Source: Glaucostegus cemiculus (Eukaryota). Taken from it: a DNA stretch of 64,000 nucleotides. Positions within the stretch are counted from its first letter, which is position 1; every line of letters begins with the position of its first letter. The position numbers and the translations under genes were made by a program. Positions 25,168 through 34,900 of this stretch are shown here, piece after piece. The stretch spans positions 34,286,001 through 34,350,000 of the forward strand of contig CDPCPM010000073.1 of the NCBI GenBank assembly GCA_976551045.1. Direction: 5' to 3'. The notes beneath the pieces were generated by a model. It saw nothing but the letters and a program-made list of their open reading frames with translations, had not been told where the DNA came from and made no database searches.

Positions 25168-27220
25168 CGTGCGTGGTCTACACATTGCATTAGCCAGTTT
25201 TCAGGGCAAGTGCCAAACCAGTATTAGTTAAGGACTGATGTTGCCAAATCTTCAGGATTGCATATGTACGGAACTGCACTATTGAATTTAACAAGAGGTG
25301 TGAAATGTGTCACAACAATGCAATTGTAATTCACATTCAAAATTTCAAATAAATTGGCATCTCCATTGCAAAGGAAGGGGTGCAGTGATCCAATTTCTCA
25401 GCCCATGTCTAAAAAATAGTGTCATATTACATTGATAAATGGTCTCTTTATTGCTGAATGAAACAATGCAGGACTTAATTGAAATTTCCATTGACTTTAT
25501 TGATAGGCTACGTTTGGAATCTTTTGCTATAATCTGGCCATTATTTCCAAAACAAAAACCCAAAATAATATATCATTAATTAATTGAATGCATTACAAAA
25601 ACAATTGCAAGTAAATAGATTTTCCTTCCCTCAAACTTTCAGTAGTTCACAGCTTAACTGGCTCCAATCCAAAGTAATCCTCTTGCTTAATGACTTAATA
25701 AGTTTAAGATGCAAAGCTTTTTGATACTTATATGTATTTGCCACTGTACCAGAAGGCTGCAGCTTCAATTCCCACTTGAGACTCGACTGTAAAAATTCAA
25801 GCTGACACTTCAATGTAGTCTCTTCTTCTTAGTCCATGTTTAAAAGTGGTGTCACATTACATTTCTAATTGCCCACTTTATTATAATTACTTTGCTGAAT
25901 CAAATTACGCCACATGACTTAAGTGAAATTTCTGATGTGTTTGATGGGTTGAGTTTGGAGTCTGAGGGACCTGCTTCCATTCCATTTCCATGAGTTTTGA
26001 TGTGATTGATGAGGCCAATGTGGAACCTGCAGGTGGTACCACAGATGGGGCAGGATACACCAGACGGGACATGTGGGTGGGTAGCTTGTGAAGTGGCTCA
26101 CCTCTTCCACCACTTGCAATGGGCTTCTATGTGCACCTATTGCACAGACCCCTGGTTCTCAGTTTCTTCCTCACCATTAGGCCCAACTACTTTATGCTCC
26201 ACATTCCAGCTACCCTGGATTAAAGAAGTTTATCCTGAATTCTCGGCTGGATTTATTGGTGCCCACCTTATATTTCCAAACCATGTTTGGTTAAACCGAT
26301 CCAGCTGCTTCTCCCAGTGACAATCAGTTGTCACCACCACATTCCCCTCAGAACCCCCCATCAGTCACCCCGATCCTCTCTCCCCAGGGTGCCTCAGAGC
26401 TCACCCCCAATCCCAGATCCAATATTTTTCTTTGTACACTCCAGTACGAGATGGAAAGTGTGCACCAGGCAAACAAGCAACGTCCTGAATTTTACTGCAT
26501 CAATACCATAGCCTAAATGGTTATTGCAGTAGCAATTCAGTGTACTTTCAATGGTGCTGATCAATTTGAAGGGCTCTTAGCCTTTCCAGTTTGAGGTAAA
26601 GGCCCTCCCCACCTCATGAACACCCGACTTATGTACAGCCTGCACCTACGATCGAACATTTGGGAGACTGGCGGGTTTGACTGCTGGCTGATGCAAGGAT
26701 GCAGGCATCTTCTACTGCTAGGGAACTTGGTTTGTGGCCACATTTCCAACTTCTGAACTGTTCGGGCTATGAACAGTTGACAGGAACAGAACCCTGCTGT
26801 GACCTGTAAACTATCTGAAACACATTGCGCAGAAAAAGGCAATTGTATTTCTCTCGGAGGCTTTTGAGTCTTTAAAAGTCCCTTCTACAAGAGGCGGAAG
26901 GGCAGAATCTCTGGATATTTTTCCAGACAGAGATAGACAGACTTTTGATCAGCAAGTGGGTGAAAGTGTAGAGTCAGATTAGTTTATTGTCACATACACC
27001 AGGGTGCAATGAAATTTCTTGCTTGCATGAAGCTCACAGAGTAAACAGTATACATGGTAACAATAAATACAGTAAATACAGCAATGAGTGCAAAACAACA
27101 GAATGGTGTAAAGATAGTAGTGCAGAAAGAAATCATAAAATGGCAATGACGGAATAACTGAGAGGTAGAATTAAGAGTTTGTGAAAGCAGCAGCCCCACT
27201 GGGAAGGGGATGTGAAAGAG

Positions 27221-27900
27221 GTGAGGCAGAGATTCACCTGCACCTCCCTTAATATTATCTGCTGCATTCAGTGCTCCAAGTGTGGCCTCCTCTACATTGG
27301 TGAGACCAAACGCAGACTAGGTGACCGTTTTGCGCTCTGTACATAGCTGCAATCTGCATCTCCCCATTGCCAGTCTCTTCAACTCCCCCTCCCACACTAT
27401 CACTGATATGTCAGTCCTTGGCTTCCTCCGCTGCCAGGAGAATTCCAAGTGCAAACTGGAGGAACAGCACCTCATTTTCCATCTTGGAACCTTGCGGCCT
27501 AACGGCATGAACATTGAATTCTCCCACTCCCATCCCATCCCCCTTCCCCACGACCTGACCCCTCCCACCAGCCTATCTCTTTTTTTAACTCTTTTTTTTC
27601 CTTTCCTTCCTTTGACCCATCCCCCCCCGTGGATCTGCTCTCCTCTCCTCCCCCGTACCTGCCTATCACCTGCATCTACCTATCACCACCTTGTGCCCAC
27701 CCATCCTCCCTGATTTTGTCCACCTATCACTGCTCTGCTTTTCCCTCGAATATATATTGGGCTTCCCCTTTTTCTATCTTCAGTCCTGACCCGAAACGTT
27801 GACCACCTGCTTTTCTCCACAGACGCTGCCTGGCCTGCTGAGTTCCTCCGGCATCATTGTGTTTTTCATCTAGATTCCAGCATCTACAGTCCTTTGTTTC
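27221..27900 (+). mobile_element. Penelope-like retroelement 3' fragment (GIY-YIG endonuclease remnant plus terminal repeat)
   Basis: VRQRFTCTSLNIICCIQCSKCGLLYIGETKRRLGDRF, then ...FNSPSH...KLEEQHLIFHLGTLRPNGMNIEF; pyrimidine-rich tail and hammerhead remnant at 27781-27804. Confidence 0.88.
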
Positions 27901-28312
27901 TTCTTTCTGTGAAAGAGGTGACTGGTTCAGAAGTCTGACAGCAGTGGGGAAGAAGCTGCTCTTTAGACTGGTCATCCGAACAGTGGGTAGAATGGAATGC
28001 AGAGTTGAGGTTAGGATCAGATCAGTTGTGATCTTTTCGATTGGTAGAGCTGACTCAAGGGGTTAAGTGTCTGACTCCAGTTCCTAATTTGTGTGTCGGC
28101 ATGGATACTGGCAGGATTTAATTGACACAAGGGCACAGTTCTCTCTCCCTCTGTAGCCAGGTGATATAAATAAATTTACGTTTAATGGAAAGCAGTTTGA
28201 GGTTAGAAACTATGGTGAATTAAATCGAATCGAAAGACTGACTAGCGTGCACCAGTAGTAAAAATGGAAAATGATGTAAATGCTCAGGCAGCAACTGTGG
28301 AGAAAGATCATG

Positions 28313-28485
28313 AACAACAAACAATCTGCCGGAGCAGCTCCAGCAGGTCGAGCAGCAACTGTGGGAGGAAAGGAGTTGTCGACGTTTTGGGTCGAAACCC
28401 TGAATCGGGACTGCTCTACCCGCTGAGTTCCTCCAGCAGACTGTTTGTTGCTCCAGATTCCAGCATCTGCAGTCTCTTGTGTCTC
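28313..28485. mobile_element. Inverted-repeat Penelope-derived short element
   Basis: aacaacaaacaatctgccggagcagctc arm versus gagttcctccagcagactgtttgttgctc arm; degenerate hammerhead on - strand near 28378-28412. Confidence 0.65.
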
Positions 28486-28764
28486 CGAGAAAGATCGTGA
28501 CTTGGATGTTGGTACCCTGGGCCCACTGCCCTTATTGGGTGCCTATCGACACCACTCATCCACAACGCTAGTGGTCCCAGAGCTGAGTGACAGGTCTTTA
28601 GTGGCAGCAGGCTCCTGTGATGAAATAGAACCGCAACAGGAACTGCAACAGGACCCACCCACTGAACTTATCTGAAAGCCTCTCCACCTCCACCTTTGTC
28701 AAATGCCAAAGCTGTCAGTGCTTCTAAAGGTCCCTGTCAAACAGAAACATTTAAGTTTTATTTA

Positions 28765-29003
28765 CACTTACAGCATGGTAACAGGCCCTTTCGGCCCTCC
28801 GAGTCCACACCGCCCATTTTAACCCCCCCCAAATTAACCTACCCGTACGTCTTTCTGAACGTGGGAGGAAACCGGAGCACCCGGAGGAAACCCACGCAGA
28901 CACGGGAGAATGTACAAACTCCTTACAGTCAGCGACGGGAATCGAACCCCGATCGCTGGCGCTGTAACAGCATCGCGCTAACTGCTACGCTATCGTGCCA
29001 CCC
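28765..29003 (-). mobile_element. tRNA-derived V-SINE (HE1-like)
   Basis: Reverse complement has gttcgattccc B-box and gggtttcctccgggtgctccggtttcctcccac core. Confidence 0.85.
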
Positions 29004-30004
29004 CCAATTTAGAATAAAATTAAAACATTTTTACATAGAACATAGATACCTACAGCACAATTCAGGCCCTTTGGTCCACAAAGCTGTGCCGAAAATGTTT
29101 AATGCAAAAATTAACTAAAAATGTTTAAATGTTTTAAGAAGAATGTTTAAATTATTAAAAAAAACATTAAATAATAATACACAGGTAATTGGTTAAAGAG
29201 GAACTTTGCTTTACCTTATCTTCCTTCTCGGAGGCTGCACAATCCTCATCGAAATCAATGGGCTCAAGAATTGCCATGGGATCTGGGAGCAGACTTCCCA
29301 GCGGGAATACTGAATTCCAGGAACTCTGCCTCTGGGTTTCACAGGGTGTCTGGCAGTGGGAGCAAACCAGGAAATGGCCATAAGTTTGGCCAGGAAATCA
29401 TGGAGCAGTCCTGAAACAAGGCATACCTGAGAAATGTCAGGCATTCTGCAATTCCCAGCAAAATCCAGACTCAGGTGTCAGGTCATTTGAACAGGAAGAA
29501 CATAAGAATAAGCAAATGGTAAGGTGCGGATAAAGGGGAAGGGGAGGCCAAAAGAAATGTGAAGTGTATGTTTAATATCTCCCTCATTCCAGCCAGTCAC
29601 AGATTTCCATTTTGCTCTCTCTCTTGACCCCCTGCCTCATGTTTGCTTCTAAAAGCTTACTTAAGTTCTGTTTCCCTCTCCACAGATGCCTCCTGACCTG
29701 CTGAGAATTGCCAGCGTTTTTTCTCTTTTTTTTCTCAGGTTTCCAGCATCTGCTGAATTTAGATTCAGCAAATCTCTCGCTCCACTTCATCCACCTTATA
29801 AGCACACCACAGAACAGAACCAGGCCCTTTGGCCCACCACGCTCATACTGACCCGCAGTCCTGTTCCTTTCTCCCTCGTGCTTATCCAGTGTCACTTTAC
29901 ATGCATCAGTACCACTTCCCTCAACTACAGCCAAAGACAGTAGCCAAATTATTGTTCATTTCAAAAGTGTAATACTTTATTAATTTTAATTACTTTTAAC
30001 ATTA

Positions 30005-30558
30005 TTAACTCATCCTCCATCCTGATGCGCTGGGCTGTGTCCACATCTCTCTGCCCAGGACCACAAGAAACTGCGGAGAGTTGTGGACACGGCCCAGCGC
30101 ATCACGGACACCAGCTTCCCCTCCTTGGACCCTGCCTTTACCTCTCGCTGTCTTGGTGTAGCAGCCAGCATAATCAAAGACCCCACCCACCTGGGACATT
30201 CTCTCTTTCCTCTTCCATCAGGCAGAAAATACAGGAGCCTGAGGGCATGTACCATCAGACTTAAGGGCAGCTTCTACCTTTCTATTGGCTATTTGAACGG
30301 TTCCCTTATACAATGAGACGGACTCAGACTTCACAATCTAACTCGTTGTGACCTTGCACCTTATTGCACGGCACTTTCTCTGTAGCTGTGACACTTTACT
30401 CTGCACTGTTATTGTTTTTACCGGTACTACCTCAGTGCACTCTGTACTAACCCAATGTATCTGCACTGTGTAATGAATTGATCTGTACCATCGATATGCA
30501 AGACCAGCTTTTCATTGTACCTCGGTACAAGTGACAATAATAAACCAATACCAATACT
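30005..30558 (+). mobile_element. Rex/Babar-like LINE 3' fragment
   Basis: RCLGVAASIIKDPTHLGHSLFPLPSGRKYRSL; tail gtgacaataataaaccaataccaata. Confidence 0.8.
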
Positions 30559-31140
30559 GAGTCACTGCCGATGCTTTCTTTTGAGGAATAAAACATAACT
30601 CATAACAAGACGAATGTGTGGCGAGGGAGTTGTACCGAGTCAGAGGATCAGTAAGAAGGTGAAGTAGTGATAATTCTGCAAATGGTGGGGGAAAGAGATT
30701 TGTTGCAAATTGAAACCGGTGCAACATTTCCAGTGCAGGTTGGTTTATGATCCAGTTACGGCGATGTGCTGAAGAGGGGTGGGGGGCTGCAGTGTGGGGT
30801 TTGGTGTCAGTGGTGAGGGGAGGGGGGATTGTTTGGCGGGAGCTCGGTTACCTGGTCGGATTGAAGAGGGAGCCGGACTCCTCGGTGGGATCAGCCCAGG
30901 GCTGGCTCCCTCCCTCCCTCCCTCTGTGTGTGTGGGAGATGCCTTGAGCTGCGGTTCCTTTGTCTGGGGCTCGCCGCTCGGCGATGGGGCAGCCTCGGAG
31001 CCCGGGGGTCGCGCCGGGGGAGCTCTGTGCCGCCGGCTGCCGTCTGCTCGCAGCCGTCCCGGGATGTTTATTGTTCTGAAGCCCGGCGCTCGGCACCTGG
31101 GGCTGGGGGCGGCTTGATCGCTCGGATTCGGCCCGGCTGC

Positions 31141-31560
31141 CGGGGGAGGGGGGGGGAGGACGAGGGGGCTGGGGAGGGAGGGAGAGGAGGGGGACGAGGG
31201 GGCTGGGGAGGGAGGGAGAGGAGGGGGACGAGGGGGTTGGGGAGGGAGGGAGAGGAGGGGGACGAGGGGGTTGGGGAGGGAGGGAGAGGAGGGGGACGAG
31301 GGGGCTGGGGAGGGAGGGAGGGAGAGGAGGAGGGGGTTGGGGAGGGAGGGAGAGGAGGAGGGGGTTGGGGAGGGAGGGAGAGGAGGAGGAGGGGGTTGGG
31401 GAGGGAGAGGAGGAGGAGGGGGTTGGGGAGGGAGAGGAGGAGGAGGGGGCTGGGGAGGGAGAGGAGGAGGGGGCTGGGGAGGGAGAGGAGGAGGGGGCTG
31501 GGGAGGGAGAGGAGAGGAGGAGGAGGGGGCTGGGGAGGGAGGGAGAGGGGAGGGGGTGGG
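31141..31560 (+). repeat. Polypurine G-rich tandem repeat (ggggagggagggagaggagg...ggggg(c/t)t units)
   Basis: About 420 bp almost entirely G/A on the + strand. Confidence 0.95.
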
Positions 31561-31562
31561 AC

Positions 31563-31950
31563 ATGTACCCGGCTCAGGGTCCCTTCTATTGGGCTCCCGT
31601 GGCTGTGAAGGGGTCGCGGACGGGCTGGGAGCTGTGCCGCCCGGAGGCCGGCGGCCAGGCGCCCCTGGAAGGGGGAGCGGGGGAGGGTACCTCGGCCACG
31701 GCGGGCGGCGGGGCGCAGGGCACGGCCAGTCCCGGCTCCGGCTCCGGCCCCGGCCCCGGGAAGAGGAAGGGCTGCAGCCCCGAGGAGCTCCACTTGGCCG
31801 GGTGGGGGTCCGAGATCCTTCAGCGGGAGAGGGAGGCTGCCCGGGAGGTGGAGAGGCAGGAGAGGGTCGAGCGGCAGGCGACAGACATCGCCCTCAAGTA
31901 CATGCGCCCGGATCAGTGCCTGAAGTACATCAGGGTGTGTGTGGACCCGG
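31563..31950 (+). CDS. EME2: EME2 exon 1
   Basis: ...ALKYMRPDQCLKYIRVCVDP; donor G|GTGAGT; ATG position inferred. Confidence 0.8.
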
Positions 31951-34900
31951 GTGAGTGAACCTTGCAGTCTCCAAACACCTCCCATTAAGGCAGCAGATAC
32001 TCAGCAGGTCGGTCAAGCAGCCTCTGGGGTTCCTCCAGCAGAGGCTCTGGTCAGTCCACACTTGGGAGTATTGTGTTCCCTTCTGGTTGCCTCATTGTAA
32101 GAAGGATGTGGAAGCTTTAGAGAGGGTGAAGAGGAGATTTACCAGGATGCTGCCTGGATTGAAGAGCATGTCTTTTATGAGGATATGAGTGAGCTAGGGC
32201 TTTTCTCTTTGGAGAGAAGGAGGATGACAGGTGACTTGATAGAGGTGCACAAGATGATAAGAGGTATAGATCGAGTGGACAGTCAGAGACTTTTTTCCGG
32301 GGCGACAATGGCTAACGCGAGGGGGCATTATTTTAAGGTGATTGGAGGAAGGTATAAGGGGGATGTCAGGGGTACATTTTTTACACAGAGAGTGGTGGGT
32401 GCGTGGAATGCACTGCCTGCACAGGTTGTGGGGGCAGATATGTTAGGGACATTTAAGAGATCTGACACATGAATGTTAGAGAAGTGGAGGTCTATGTGGG
32501 AGGGAAGGGTCAGATAGATCTTAGAGCAGGATAAAATGTCGGCGCTGTGGGCCGAAGGGCCTGTACTGTGCTGTAGTGTTCTATGTTCTATGCCCCAGAT
32601 TCCAGCATCTGCAGTCTCCTGAAGGAACAGTCTTCAGGTCATCGGTTCTAGGTTTTTGCTGTGTTACTGTTTCAGATTTCCGGCGTCTGTTTTGCTTTTG
32701 TAACTTATTCCGGTGATGGGTTACTTTTTTTATAAGGATGTTGTGTGTGTGTGTGTGTGGGGGGGAGGGGGGTGTCTCATATAAGCAGGTTTAGGAGAGG
32801 AGTTTAATTGGTAAATTGGTTTATTATTGTCACATGTACTGAGATACAGTGAGAAGCTTTGTTTTGCATGTCATCCAGATAGATCATTTCATGCATAAGT
32901 ACATCAAGGTAGTACAAAAGGAAAAATGATAACAGAATGTCTTATGAGGATAGGTTGAGCCAGCTAGGGCTTTTCTCTTTGGAGAGAAGGAGGATGAGAG
33001 GTGAGTTAATAGAGGTGTACAAGTAAAAAGAGGCATAGATCAAGTGGACAGTCAGAGACTTCTTCCCGAGGTGAAAATGGCTCACACAAGGGGACATAAT
33101 TTTAAGGTGATTGGAGGAAGATATGAAGGAGATGTCAGGGGTAAGTGTTTTACACGGAGAGTGGTGGGTGGAACGCACTGCCCGCAGACGTGGTAGGGGC
33201 AGGTACATTAGGGACATATAAGAAACTCTTAGATAGGCACATGAATGAGAAAAGTAGAGGGCTATGCAGGAGGGATGGGTTAGATAGATCTTAGAGCAGG
33301 ATAAAATGTCGGCACAACATCTGGACCAAAGGGCCTGTACTGTGCTGTAATGTTCTATGTTCTAGAATGCAGAGTATAGTGCTACAGTTGAAGAAAAAGT
33401 GATGAGGTTGAGAGATCAAGTGTTCGTCTTTATCATATAAGAGATCCGTTCAAGAGTCTTATAACGGCAGGATAGACGCTGTCCTTGAGCCTGGTGGTCT
33501 ATGCTTTTTAAGCTTTGCTATCTTCTGCCTGATGATAGGGGGAGAAGGGAGAATGTCTGGAGTGGGAGGGGTCTTTGATTATATTGGCTGCTTTCCCGAG
33601 GCAATGGGAAATGTAGACAGAGTCAATGGAGGGGAGACTAGCATTCCTGATAGACTGGGCTGTGTCCACAACTCTGCAATTTCTTGCAGTCTTGGGAGGG
33701 GTATGTAGGGGTGTCTAATACAGGTAGGTTCAGGAAATAAGTTTAATTGCTAATTGGTTTATTATTGTCACGTGTACTGAGATACAATGAAAGTCCTGTT
33801 TTTATATGCCATCCAAACAGATCAATCCATACATACTGTAAGCATATCAAGGTAGTACAAAAGGGAAAAAAAACCAATGTTACAGTGAAGGTGCAGTGCA
33901 GGCAGACAAATAAAGTGCAGGGGCCACGATGAAGCAGATTAGGAGATCAAGAGGTCATCTTTATCATTTAAGATACTTTTGGAAGCAATCAATTGACATA
34001 GATAAAGAAAGTCAGAACCTTTTGTGACTGATTTTCATTTGGTGGGACCTTCCTAAAATAGTTCAAGTGTTTTTTCTCTCAGCTCTGGATGGGTGAATTC
34101 TCCACTTGACCTGTATTGCTCCTCACTTAGCTGTTCTGCAGGAGTCTGGTGGATACGTGCTGCTGGATGTGTTGAACTCGCTGGAATCAGAGTACAGCAT
34201 TGAACCTCAGTCAGTGCCTTCCACCATTACATGGAGAAGAGAATTGCCTCAAGTCATCTTAGATGAGCTCTCTGAAGAGGTAAGCATATAGGAATGATGA
34301 CAGGATGTCTCTCTCTCTCTTTCCAATGATGCCTTGGAATACAGTTCAATTACTTCAGGTCACAGATGCAGAATGATCACAGTGTGACCCTGGAGTCAGC
34401 TCCAGTCCTAACTCAACATTACAGGAGGGCAGTCTCACACAACTTGTACTTAACTCTGTAGGATAAAGGAAGTATTTCGTATGATGCCTTTCACACCCTT
34501 CCCAAAGCACGTTATAGCCATTGGCATATTTTTTGAAAGACGGTGACTGTTCAGTCACAGAAAATATTCCAGCCAATTTTCACACAGCAAACCTCCACAA
34601 ATTAATCTTTTTACTCATGATGTTGGTTGAGAAGTCTCTGGTACGAGATTATGTTTTATAAATACTTTATGTTTTGCTCACTAACCAGACTGAATGAGTT
34701 CCTTTTAAGAACAAGAGAATCAAATAATATCACACCAGCTCTGAAAACATTTAACAGCCAGCAAGAGAGCCCTGTGTAAGTGTGCAGGTAGGCACCAGCA
34801 TAGTGCAGAGACAATAGTGTGAATTTCCACATCATATTCTGAATTGGTTTCCTCATTCACTACAGTTATTAGTCTCAGAAAAAATGCCCCACAACCTCAG

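Larger units (their letters stand above)
30830..31960. promoter_or_regulatory. CpG island / EME2 promoter and first exon
   Basis: Very GC- and CpG-rich relative to the window; overlaps EME2 start. Confidence 0.8.

Noticed and set aside
24873-25231. ORFs spanning the first N gap
   Set aside because: Artefacts of translating N.
30848-31985. Long Pro/Ser-, Gly/Arg-rich ORFs in several frames
   Set aside because: Stop-free by-products of the G-rich repeat and CpG island; only the frame ending ...VCVDP matches a known protein.
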